Of a DNA stretch of 64,000 bases, positions 35,272 through 47,965 are shown piece by piece. Within the stretch, counting starts at the first letter, position 1. Every line of letters begins with the position of its first letter. This stretch comes from Takakia lepidozioides. Taxonomy: Eukaryota; Plantae; Bryophyta. The stretch covers positions 50,158,001-50,222,000 of the forward strand of contig CM060734.1 of assembly GCA_030704615.1 (NCBI GenBank), written 5' to 3'. The notes beneath the pieces are model-generated. The model saw only the letters and a list, made by a program, of their open reading frames with translations. It was not told the origin of the DNA and ran no database searches. The position numbers and the translations under genes are program-made.

Positions 35272-37284
35272 TGTCGTGCGCATACATATCGCTACACAAC
35301 TACATCGCTGTCCAAAACCACACAACAAACTGTGCACACCAAACACTAGTCTATCACTAGTGCACCACTAGTGCACCACTAGGCTGCCACTAGACAACCA
35401 CTAGCCACCACTAGTCCACCACTAGGCTGCCACTAGCCACCCACTAGCCACCACTAGTGCAGCCACTAGTTCAACCACTAGGCTGCCACTAGTCCATCAC
35501 AATGATAAGGAAAGAGAATGATACAAGCACACAAGCTTTCTCAAACTCACACACTTGCACATGAAAACATCACTCATATTAAGTCGAGCCAAGTGCACCC
35601 CACGCCATGGGGAATCCATACTACGGCGTCATAGCTAGACGCGGTGAGGCTCAACTCAAAAAAAATGAGCCCACCGCAATCTGCCGTGAAGATAGCAACG
35701 CCAGATGCCCAAACATGTATTGGCCCCTGGATTGACACTTGGGTCAATCCCAAATGTCAATATATAAAAGCTAGTTATTTCCTAGCTAACTTCACACTAG
35801 TGGTAAAATAACTTGATAGATGTCGTGCACATATATCGCTATACAACTACATCGTTGTCCAAAACCACACAACACATATGCACACCAAACACCAGTCTAT
35901 CACTAGTTCACCACTAGTGTACCACTAGGCTGCCACTAGACAACCACTAGCCACCACTAGTGCAGCCACTAGTCCATCACAATCGCCCCCCTAGCTGGCG
36001 CTTAGGTCCATCTAAGTCCAGGTAGCCGCAAGATGTGATAATGGCCATAGCCTCACTAAGTCCTCCACCACTGTCCCTACTACACTCAAACTTGATAGAT
36101 CAAGAGGCCGAGTACAAGAGTTGCCCCATAGTTAGTCGCCGTCTTGCAACCCGTGAAATTGAGCCTGAGATCTCGGGTATTGACTCCTATGAGCTTGGCC
36201 TCCCATGTATTGTTAGCTGTCACTAGTCATATCCACTACCACTATCCCAAGCAGTGTGGACATAACCAATCTCCATCAGGAACCCTCTCAAGAGGTGGTG
36301 TCAAGCATCCCATGTGCCAACCTCTTGAGCATCGATCACACACCAGCATAGTGGCGGCACCACCAGCATGCCCACATAGCATGCAACGCAACCCTGTAGG
36401 TACCACTGCAAGGTTGGGATCTATCATCCCATCCACATGTGGAAGGTGACATGGCGCACAATTACGCACATGATCCTTCCATACCATGCCATCTCGACCC
36501 TCTAGAATCAACACTCCTGCAACACCTCCCTTTGACCCTTAGAATCACATGTCCTGCTGTGATATCCAAGGTCGTAGGCGCTGTCTGCTGCAGATACACA
36601 TGGTCCCCAGGGTGGAAACGCCGAACACATGGCCGATATCCCCCTCCCCATACCTCAATGGCATACCTCAATGTGTCTCGGTGTTGGGCAATAGCAAGGT
36701 TCTCAAAAGCCATAGGCATGACCCTCTTGAACAACTCTGCCCGCTAGGCACATGCTTGTGTCCACACATCTGGATCATCAAGGTTGAGGACTACTATAGC
36801 CTCCCTGCAAATAGACGCAGACGAATCTGGCTCTCGGCCAAAGAGAAGGAAATATGGTGAGAAGGAGACAAGTGATGCTTGCTTGTTAAACCTGTAGCCC
36901 ATGGCTAACCAAGGTACCTGAAGATCCCAATCTCCTAGGTGTCCTTTTTGCAAGCCATATTTGCGCAAACCCCTCTTCACTGTCTGCACCACTCTCTCTG
37001 CCAAGCCATCAGCCTTAGGATGATCTCAAGAAGTGGTACGATGGTCTATCAAGGCTTTATCACACAAAGCCTGAAACTCCCCCAAGAACTCTCTCCCTTG
37101 GTCCGTGAGTACCTAAGCTGGAGCACCGAATTGGCTAAGCACACGATCCAAGAATATATACGCAGCCCCATCACTAGCCTTGTCAGGCAATGGAACCAAC
37201 TCAATCCACTTGGAGAAGTGCTCCACCATCACCAACACATATCTGTGGTAACGCATCGTCAGTGGCAAAGGCCCTGCGAAGTTG
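35272..37284 (-). mobile_element. 3' part of a Gypsy element with integrase, C-terminal PHD finger and a composite LTR
   Basis: [65 protein letters not shown] (plus strand CGCCCCCCCTA, ~35983), LTR 35272-35981. Confidence 0.88.
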
Positions 37285-40200
37285 CAAAGCCTTGTCACTT
37301 CTGAGGCCTGTTGGATACTTGGTAGAGCTCAGATATGTGTCCTCACCCTTCCCAATAACACGGGGACCATTGGACTTCTTAACATTTATGCCCCCAACAC
37401 GACAGCTGAAAGAAGTGACTTTTGGTCGTTTTTGGATGATCATATGCAAGCAGAAAGTTCTATAGATAGCTGGGTTATTGTCGGTGATTTTAATATGATA
37501 GAAAGCCAGGAGGACAGGAGAGGGGCAGGCTCTTTCTCACCTAATTTAGATGAGATGGACAGATGGCTCTCATGCACGCAAAACAATGGCCTAACCGAAG
37601 CGGTCCCCCTCTCGCAGCAAGGGGATGGTCTCTCTTTCACGTGGACAAACAACAGAGCTCTGGGGGATCTTTGTATGGCTCGCTTAGACAGAGCATACGT
37701 CTCTCTAAATCTCGTTCAATGGGCGGCAAGAGACAATCAACAGCCAATTCCCCTAGGCTTTGATCACGCACCCATTTTTCTCACAATCACCGTCCCCTCA
37801 GTTCAGAGAAGAGGTAGAGGCATTTACAAACTTAATAGTACTCTTCTTAAACTTCCCTCCTTCAAACAAAAGCTATTGGAATCGTGGTCTCAAGCTGGCA
37901 ACATCTCTCAGACCCCAACTGACAGATTTGTGGCTAAACTTAGGGCTGTTAATATAGTTAGCCAAAGACTTAGCCAAAACTTGGCCTTGGTCAGGAAAAG
38001 GAAAGTCAAGGCTCTCACCAAGTGTCTCACAGTATGCCAAAAGAGGCTGGAGTCCTCCCACTGTGACAATCACACGTTCCACACGTACATAGAGAACGCC
38101 CTCTTCAAGCTTCAAAACAATAAATCCCTCGGCATGGATGGGATTCCGGTGGAGTTTTATAAGGCCCTATGATCAGAAATATCTGAGGATTTCACGGCAA
38201 TGGCTAACCATCTCTTTGACAGCGGAGTTATGCCAAAATCTATGTCCCAGGGTGTCATCACTTTGCTTTTTAAAAAGGGAGACAGGACCAATATTTCAAA
38301 CTACCGGCCAATCACTCTGCTGAATGTGGCTTACAAGATAGTGGCAAAGGCTTTAGCTTTGCGCCTTCAACCACTCCTTCCTTCCATCATTCGCCCAAAC
38401 CAGACAGGATTTGTGAAAGGAAGATATATCTTGGACAACTTGCTGTTAGCTCAAGAGCTCCGCCATTTCGCTCACAGAACTAACCAAGCAATAGCCATGC
38501 TCCTCCTAGATTTTGAGAAGGCCTTTGATAGAGTTGAATGGAGCTTTCTACTGGCAGCCCTGTCAAAGATTGGGTTCCCACAATCTTTCTGCAAGTGGGT
38601 TCAGATTCTCCTAACCTCTTCATCAAGCAGAGTCATTCTTAATGGTCAGCTTTCAGCCTCCTTTCCCCTACAGAGATCAGTACGCCAAGGCTGTCCTCTT
38701 TCTCCATTCCTTTCCTTGTCGTGGCTGATTCATTGGGATATATGCTTCAGAATGACACGCAGATCAAATGACTCATGATAACCAACTACATTACGAAGCA
38801 AACATCCCAAGTCATTGACTCAATGTTTGTCGATGAGACCTTTTTTGTGCTTCAAGCTAATCAACAAAACTTGGACTCCACTGAGGCAACCCTCAATGCC
38901 TTCTGCTCAGCCTCTGGCTTCAAGGTCAATTGAGACAAGATCTCTACCCTGTTAGTGGGGGATATCTCAGCTTCAGGGCTTGGTGCCTCTCCTAATTGGG
39001 GTGCTAACCATGGCCTTAAATGGCTTCATCCAGGGGAAACTACAACCCTCTTGGGCTATACTTTTGGGATAGACCTCACTGACGCTCAGAAATTCAAACC
39101 GGTCTTAACCAAGCTCAAGCACAAGCTCTCTTACTGGGGAGGCAAACACCTCTCCATAACAGGAAGGGTCATCATAGCCAATCAAATTCTATCTGTGGGG
39201 ATTTGGTTCTATGCGGCAGTTTGGTGTCCCAATTCTTCTCAGATCCAAGAGGTTAGAAGACTCCTTAGAAATTATGTTTGGGGTGCAGGTAACTCTACTA
39301 AGAGTAAGAGACCTTAGGTGGCTTGGAATCGAATTTGTCGCCCAAAGAAAAAAAGAGGGTTAGGGATCATAGACCCAGATACCCAGATCTCCGCTTTGTT
39401 GGCCAAATGGATTCCTAGATTCTTGGGGCCAGAAGGGGGTCTGTGGAAGTTCGTGGTCTACGAAAACATCTCCCTCTCCTCCCCTCTGAAAGTCTCCTCC
39501 TGGGCTCCCTCACTATGATGGATTGTTCATGGTTTCAAGCATAAACCGGTTGGCTCCAATCTCTGGATCAACATTTGGAAAGCCTGGGGCAGGTTTCGAC
39601 AGTTCTTTGTTCAGAAACCACCCTCTTCATTCTACGAGATTCTTCGCCAGCACTTGTTCCTTAATACAAACATTCATTCTCCTCAACAAAAAAACCAAGC
39701 CAAACGCTGGTCCTCCTGGGACCATCACGGGATCTGCCAGATCAACAATATCTGGTTAAACAATGCCTTTAAGCCACTGCAAACCATTGCCCCCATTGTG
39801 GGACTGGCTAGAGCGACCATTGGTTATCAGGACATCATTACCTCTCTGCCTCAACCGTGGATTGCATCTCTTCAAGCTGGTCCATTGCTTCCCTCCCTCC
39901 CTTTTTGGGCACTGGTCATCCTACAAAATAACCTTACCATTCTTTTTTGTCACAAACACCACTCCCACCCACCACTCTGTATTTTCATTCAGCATAGACC
40001 CTACATCCCTCACTCTTACCCTTCTCTCAATAAACCCATTGGACATACCTCCAGGGCCACTTACACCTGTCAGAATATGCGGATGGTCGATTCTAGGCAA
40101 CCCCTAGACCCCAAACCAGATCTCCTCAAAGATCAAAGTATCTCTTCGCGCAATTAATCAACTCCTGAGTGTGATGCCACGGTAGTTCCCCGGTTCTTCT

Positions 40201-41645
40201 CTGTCACCCTTCTTGTATAGACTGACAATGACCCCCTGTCGCCAGCGAAAGGGGATCATTTCAGTCTTCCAGATAAGGTTAAAGAGGAGAACTAGGGCCT
40301 CTATCATGGGATCGCCACCGTGCTTGATAAGCTTGCAGCAATGGCTAGACTGCAACACCTTTGTTTGGATTCTGGGTCGTCCACTGGCTGAGTTGGAACT
40401 TGACCCAATGGAGTGGTCATGGAAGTTTGCTAGAGAGCCTGAGCCTTTCTTCTCCTACACCACGAGAAAAGGTTACAAAAACCTCTCTAATTTTCACTAC
40501 TTGAAGAATAAGTGGGAACCACTACGGCTTCAGGAATGAAAACTGGCCAGCCATATGGGGCTCTGTTTGGATCAAAAATCGACCAACAAAAATAGCAGCC
40601 TTCCTCTGGCAAGTGGCAAATAGGGTGCTAAAAGTAGGGGAGTGGCTGCAATTCCAGGCAGCTCTTTCATGTAAATGTTGTACACAAAACAATGTCATGG
40701 AATCCCTTGAGCATTGCCTCCTTCAATGTCAAGCGCCAGCCAAGGTTTGGCCTTTGGTGAGAGTGTTCTACAGATCCTGAAACCCTAGGGTCTTGTCCCC
40801 CCTGGACATCCTTTTAAATTACAATCAGGGATCCAAACAGAGAGCAATAGCATGCCCAATATTTGAGACCCTCAGAAGCTCCACACTTTGGCACCTATGG
40901 AGAGCACGTTGTAAAAAGACCTTTTCGGGTGACACCCTAACCATTTCTGCCTTGCTTGCATATATCTTCTATGATCTGGGGATAGAATCAAGGAAAGCTT
41001 GGTCCAAAACATGTGCAGATATTGAGCGGAATTCAAGCAATGCGGCAGCAATTCATGCTACCTTGTAGAACACCTGGGGCCTCTGTGGACTTATCTGTAA
41101 CTTCCCAGAGATCGACAACTGCGTCTGGAATGACCTTCCACCTGCTTGCTGGCGTGACCATTGCTCGACCCTGCACAATGTCTCTTGAGTTCGATCGTGA
41201 TATCAACTGGAAGCACCTTAGGCCCTCATCATCTGCTTCCAGGCTTCAGTATAGATAGGGTTGTTTCACAAACCGGGCGATAACAAGGATCACGGTTCTC
41301 ATAGGGTGCATCCAATTTGGGAAGGATCAGAAGATCTCAACTTGCTTCCTTTGCTATGATGTTTTGATTGCTAGTTTTTGGGCAACGAGTTCCTAAGGTG
41401 TTGATCTATACCATTCATAAGTGCAACTGGGTTACAATGCATAGCTTAGGGCTTTGCTACTAAATCTCATAGTCAGGCGATCCTGCAGACATAGCGGCTT
41501 AGCTACAACCCTAGGGCAGACAGATCTTCTTCACTGATCATTCTCTCGTATTGAGAGGAAAGGTTCGTTCTTCACTGCTTGCAGTGCGTGCGCCTTATGG
41601 CTCATCCGGTTTTTTTTTTCCCCCCACATTAACTTATAATAAAGT
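37285..41645 (+). mobile_element. 5'-truncated L1-clade LINE (ORF2: endonuclease, RT, zf-RVT; 3' UTR)
   Basis: NIYAPN, GDFN, RLDR and DHAPI endonuclease motifs; NYRPITLLN, LDFEKAFDRV and RQGCPLSP RT motifs; C..C..ESLEHCLLQC; LWHLWRAR; multiple stops and frameshifts. Confidence 0.93.
40158..40340 (-). mobile_element. Short RTE-like LINE RT fragment inserted antisense in the L1
   Basis: LIKHGG..LFNLIWKTEMIPFRWRQGVIVSLYKKGDREEPGNYRGITL. Confidence 0.8.
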
Positions 41646-41708
41646 TCTCAAGGGCCACTAACCCTTTCTGGAAAAATACAATAAATAAATAAATATATAT
41701 ATATATAT

Positions 41709-41886
41709 ATGATACCCGAACAGACCTGTAGCGACGAGTCAAGCTCTGGTAGGGGCCGAAATGGCCATTTGAATATTCAAAGAAAACCACAAGGGAAACC
41801 TGCTCATCTCGTAGGATACCAAACCCCATATTAACATGATACCCGAACAAACCTGCAGCGATGAGTCGAGCTCTGGTAGGGGCCGG
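41709..41886. repeat. ~50-bp direct repeat
   Basis: ATGATACCCGAACA.ACCTG.AGCGA.GAGTC.AGCTCTGGTAGGGGCCG at 41709 and 41837. Confidence 0.8.
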
Positions 41887-42310
41887 GGAAAGGAGAACCC
41901 TAACCGCCGCCTGTTAGGGTTTGGGGGACTGCCAGGGAACTCGATAACCTTTTGGTAGGGTACTACAAATGTTTACGGGAATAGAGAATAGTAGGTTAGG
42001 TTAGGAGGGACCCTGGTTGATGCCCGGGTTGATACCCGGTGAAACCCAGATACCAGACCAACAGTGGCACTTACCAAGCGTTATTCTGCTACCTCATTGA
42101 TTACCCACTGGCAATGCAGGAAACAGGTGGTGCCCCAAAATGTGAAGAATCCATTATGTATGCTCAGTAGAGAGCAGGGGCCACTAGGTACTGGATGTAG
42201 GCGCTACTTAGAATTAAGTTCCACGCATCAATCACCCAACCCTTGTGTAGGGAAGAGGAAGAAACAAGAAAGGTAGATAAGTGTGATTTGTGTATTGTGG
42301 GTTTTTTTGT

Positions 42311-42533
42311 TCCTTTTTTTAATTTTTAAAAAAAAAAAGGAAACCTGGGAGCGACTGCTCACTATTCAGGCCCTTGAGGAGGGGGAAAAATTAACCCCCT
42401 TTCAGATAAGCCATTTAGGCACACAGGTGGGAAACGTCACCACCAGACCACCCGGTCACGAACAATCCACCGCGTAGGGCAGCGGGTTTGAAACCTGAAC
42501 CACATTGTGCACTTACCACCTGAGCTACCAGCC
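42311..42533 (-). mobile_element. tRNA-derived SINE
   Basis: Minus strand GGCTGGTAGCTCAGGTGGTAAG (A-box) ... GGTTTCAAACCC (B-box). Shares CTGGGAGCGAC.GCTCAC..TCAGGCCC with the SINE at 59776-60027. A-rich tail. Confidence 0.65.
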
Positions 42534-42716
42534 GATGTGCTTTGTTCTTTTTCTAGAAAAGGGGACTGAATGCAAAGAAATTGAAAATTGAATTGAAGGC
42601 AAGAAAAAATAACCATGCAGGGAAGCCATGAGACATGAGACCAACAAGGGGGACACCGCGCAATGTTTTGGGTTCTCTTTACAAATTGATATGAAAGTCC
42701 TTGCGTCTATCTTTTC

Positions 42717-43315
42717 CAATGTTGGGCAGTTATTTATTCTTGTCTCTAATAACAGTTGGTTATCCGGTTATATATATATATAAAACTGCAGGAGATGAAA
42801 ACTTGAATTAACCGGTCCCGTTAGGAACCGGTAGAGTGTAGGCATACAAGTAACCAGTCCCAATAGTAACCGGCGGAGGTCAAAATTTTAAAAATTGATG
42901 TAGACAACCGGATGGGTGTTTTTTAAGTGGACGGTTATGAATACATATATTGGGTCTAATAACCTAAGGTTATGAGTGGCGGATCTGAGGTGTGAGTCCT
43001 TGGCTAAATTCGTGAATGAGCTTGCCACGGGTGCATATATTGAAGCACATTGAAACATTATGATATGACATTGTATGTTTTGAAATCCCCATTGATGAGC
43101 CCAATTTATTTAGTAATTCTAGATGCATGTGTCATATATCTTAAATATATCTACAGGCCAACTCTATTGTACTAATGTAGTCTTGAAAATATATTTATAT
43201 TGATAGAAGTTTCAGCTATAATTCTATATTCATTTTTAAATAAATAAATATACATAACTGGTTGTATAACCCTCAGTTATAGCAAAAATGATAACCGGAT
43301 TTATAGGTACCCGAC
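42717..43315. mobile_element. hAT-like non-autonomous element (left end)
   Basis: CAATGTTGGGCAGTT matches the reverse complement of the TIR at 184-198 at 13/15 positions. TAACCGG subterminal repeats. Confidence 0.5.
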
Positions 43316-43551
43316 CAAGAGACTGTTGGTTTGTAAAAGCCGGATGCTGCAAAGAGCTATCATGCTCACACTCTCATGGTCAAAGAAAAGGTAATTCGCA
43401 GTATAGTTCGGGTCATGTTCTTAGCTCAAGGGTGAGGACAAGGTTGGGCAGTTCTTGGGTGAAGGCGTGTACCTGTTGCACAAGTACTATTTCATTACCT
43501 CTCACTGCGTGTCCGAGTGGGATTCACGGCTCAGTGCCCCTTCGGATAGGC

Positions 43552-43866
43552 ATGGATGATCTTTTGTACGATGCTCTTCTCCACAGGTGCAAAACCGGCA
43601 CCCACCTTACATATCCGAGCTACTCATGTGGCAAGTTAACTATCACTTACCCACCCACCCACCGGGAAAGTGAAGGGAGATTGTTCAGAGTACACGCTTT
43701 GGAAGGTACCTATGCTATGGAAGTTCCTCTTAGGTCCGTTGTCTCTGCCTTGCTTGAATTATACCATGCTTCCACCTTTGTTGGCCATTTGGGGGTTACC
43801 AAAAACTGTAAAGAGATTGTAGGAGCAGTATCACTGGAAGGGCCCTATGTAAGGCAATGTGGATGA
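43552..43866 (+). mobile_element. Integrase N-terminal fragment starting at its own Met (Ginger/Gypsy-type)
   Basis: MDDLLYDALLHRC..EVP..LLELYHASTFVGHLGVTK, the first half of an HHCC finger. Parallels 63540-64000. Confidence 0.6.
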
Positions 43867-43929
43867 AAGAGGTGTTGTACAGTTTGAACCAAGGAGGCAC
43901 CCTAGCATATTTTAATATGTATTGCTGTG

Positions 43930-44477
43930 TGCACAAGCTGGGACTGCACAAGATATCATTCTGGAGACAACCCTTATTCACATATGCCAAATGCAGGAGC
44001 ATCAGTTCGACAAAATGGCTCCATATGTTGTGCTCTCATGTAGGATATGCTCAGCATTGGTATGGTAGGGAGGCTTTCAACATGTATGAGCAAATGCAAC
44101 ATAAAGGGGTGACACCCAATAGTGTCACATTGATTTCCATTCTCAATGCATGTGCCAGCCTAAGGGAACCTTGGAAAAGGAAAGCAAGTCCATGCCAACA
44201 TCAGCAAGGCTGGAGTGGCATCATATATCATTCTGGAGAATAGCCTTGTTGAAATGTATGCTATTGTTACTCTAGTGCAATGCTCAAAGGATATGCTCAG
44301 AATGGTTGTGGTAGGGAGGCTTTTGACACCTACAAGCAAATGCAACACCAAGGGGTGGTCCCGGACAGGGTCACAATCAACTGCATTGTCAATGCGCATG
44401 CCAGCCTAGGAGCCCCGCAACAGGGCAAGACAGTCCATGCTGGTATCATCAAAGCTGGCATGGTATGCCTGTTTTAA
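43930..44477 (+). pseudogene. PLS-class PPR fragments
   Basis: GYAQHWYGREAFNMYEQMQHKGVTPNSVTLISILNACASL and GYAQNGCGREAFDTYKQMQHQGVVPDRVT..GKTVHAGIIKAG; frameshifted. Confidence 0.8.
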
Positions 44478-47400
44478 TCGAAGGCTATGAAAGTTTTGGC
44501 GATGGCCATCTGTAAACATTGAATGCATAGTTTTTTGTGGAACATGTGGTTCTGAAGGATCATATTAGTGGCAACCCAAGTAGCGCCTTATTTGTTATAT
44601 GTTTTCACCAAATGCCCTGGATAAGTGTCAACCCTATCATGAGACAACAAAGAGATCTAAGTGTAGGGAATCTTGCCATAACACCTATAGACTAAATCCC
44701 AAATTTGTCTCACGCAAAGACATGAACAGTGGGGATTAGTTCTCCACCTGCCCTGCTGGAGGAGCATAATCAACAAGCAATCTGGCTCTCATGTCAATCC
44801 CATCTTATGCTATAGACTACTCCCACAATGCAATCATCATACAAACAATGAAAAGAGCTCCAACCACTTGCAGCAGAGCATCTTTTGAAACCCCACCACC
44901 AGCAACCACACCAGAGAAAAGCAGCCAAAGTTTAGAAATTGGCCTTCCAAAAGTTACAAATGTACTCAATGGTATACTGGCAAGTGTCAGATGGCGAGTA
45001 TTACAATTCCTGAAGTATCACAAAGAAATAATAATGAGAACTACATCAGAAACATGTGGTTTAAACAAACTCTGTACTGCAAACTAGAGTGCTTTTGGCT
45101 TTACCATCCAAACCAACATGATTGAAAACCCAGGTGTAATGTGAGCTAGCAACACAAGGCTGTACAGCATGGTTAGAACAGGATAGCCTGTTTCAATCCA
45201 CCCATGATTGGTTCTATGTCTGTTTCCTGCCCTGTTGAATGACAAAACTAAAATATGACATCTCGCAATACGACTTCACAGAGGCACCAAGCTAGCCTAA
45301 GCTCTATCAGTGGTTCCAAAAATTTTAGCTCCTTGAAACTGGACTCTACCCAAGGATGGGGAAGACCACAGATCATGAATGTTCACGCCTGCTGAAGCAA
45401 GTGTGAATTATGGTGTCACTTCACCCCGAAGGGCTACTGCCTTCTGTACAAATCATGACAGAGAGTCCTACCTTCTCTTCTGCAACGATGGTAGGTCACC
45501 TGGGCAAAATGTATGTGTCATGGTCAACCCCGACACTGTCATTGCCTGTAGAAGCACTGTGCGTGCCAGTGTAGCTGCTATTGGTGCTCCCAGTGAAGCT
45601 TTTCCGGGGCAATGCATAATCCCTTGAAGGCCTCTTCGAATCTTTCAGTAGACTATCTAATACATTCACCACCGTCTGCAGAGTCACGTGAAGTGAAATT
45701 TAGCTCCATTGTGGAGACAGAACAACATATTGTTTTAACCCGACCCGTAGGCTTTAGAGGACAGCCGCAGGACTGCACAATCATCACTGAGCATTGTAAA
45801 CACCTTCACTATCCCAGAACACATATACTTCAGTAAATCATCATATGCTTGAGAATCCAAACTAGGCATCAGCCGATATGAGAGATGCCAGCCACATGAG
45901 AGCACCACAATTTTAATTACAGCAAAGAATAGCAAGAATGTCTAGGATGCAATATTCGACAACTAGGCATCAAGATGCTACATTGCACTGCCTGAATGGC
46001 CCAAAAGAGATCTTTAATTCCACAAGTGACTTACTTAGCTTGCTCTTGCTGTGTCACGTAGGCTGTAATCGGCTACCCTGTCCCCTACCTATTTCCACTA
46101 AGTATCCTTATGTCTTGTTTGTCATAGAGCTTTATGTACGACAAAAAAGGAAAACATTCAGGAAGAAACTGGCAGGACTGCAAGACATAAACCTATCATA
46201 GTTCCATGGAACATTCAATAATATTATCTTTTATTAACAACTACAAATAGTTCATGTAATCTGAGTTAACAGTTTTTCCGAATCGATGAAGACTGCAGCC
46301 CTTTGGGATGAAGAGACACCATACTGTATGCTTGCTACAGCAGGAGTCCCTCTTTTATGGCAAGTTACATTTCTTTGATGAAGATTGAGGAAAATCGTAA
46401 AAGAGAATAATATGTTTAAATTAGCTTATTGGATATATTATATTGGAACCCTCCAAGTAGCGCAGTCTTTCAAAATGCCTTCTCTCATGTGAACTTGCTG
46501 CATACTTGGGTCACTGCATAATCAAACTATAAATCATGAAAGACAGCTGAGAAAATGTGCTGTTGTTGACCTCCATGTCATTCCTAACAAACACATGACG
46601 ATAAGGAAGCTAGATCAATACGGGTATAGACCAAGAATTTAATATAGAGTTGCAACACCTATCTAACAGAAAACTATGTCAGACAGGACAATTGTCTGGA
46701 AAATCACTGACCTTCATTGACGGACGCTCCAGCCTTTCATAGCTAGCACATTTCAGGGCCAAGTTTGTCATCACTGTATAGGCCTCTCGAGGGTAGTCTG
46801 GTTGGAGCCTAGAATCCACTATAAGATTGATTCCTCCTTGCTCCAGTCTTGGCTTTACCTGTGCCCAAATGGAGCTGTTAGTATACTATGTAAATAGTTG
46901 ACTCTTGCAAACCCGTAAGTTTCTCCAGTACCCACTCCATCCATAAGAAACGAACAAAACAAAGTGTGTTTACACCATCCACGATATAAACATACTTGTC
47001 AACATCAGGGTCATTTTGAACATCACCAAAATCTCAGAAAAGTTTCTCCTTCTCAGTATTTTTATGGGTAAATATTTCCAATTGCAGATCTGAATAGAAA
47101 ACTAACTTCTCCATAACAAGAAATTCATATGGGCAGCATTAAAGCCTACGAGTAGAATAATGTGTATGAGAGAGAGGACACATGGGACTTCAAAGGGGAT
47201 TAAATATCTTCAGAACTGTGCCAAAACATAACACTTCGAGGAAGAGCTTAAAGAAGTGGGAGGATGATGGGCGCAAGGGGGGGAGTATGTACCCAAACCA
47301 ATAAGTTGAATGCCTCTGGACGACTATGATCGATGGCCTCTTGACCTGTGATGAGTTCCAGCAGAACTACTCCAAAACTATACACATCGCTAGCCGGAGT

Positions 47401-47782
47401 CAGCTGTCGTGATACAAAATAATCTGGATCCAAGAACCTGTGTTCCACAAACACACACAAGCAGGAGACCAATAAGCCTACTGATAACGGGAGCCATAAA
47501 TAAATTTTTCTTCTTCCTCCACCACTTATAGAGGAACATTTTCATTCCGTTATAAAGTACCATTTCATTTCATTTCATTTCCTCTCCTTCAGTGACTGTA
47601 AAATAGAAAGGAAATGAGAGAAAGAGTACCCAGCAGTACCGGCAGGCCGAGTGGAAATGTGGTTTCAAGCTCTCTTTCTCTTAATTAGCCCTCAATGTCT
47701 TTACATACATGGGTGACCTATATGTTGCATGGAACTTGGGAGATCATCAGTGAATCCTTGGTGATCACTCAACTCATACTGA

Positions 47783-47965
<183 letters not shown>

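Noticed and set aside
35345-35495. CCACTAG array as a CRISPR or telomeric repeat
   Set aside because: No unique spacers; it is part of the LTR and recurs at 62180-62790.
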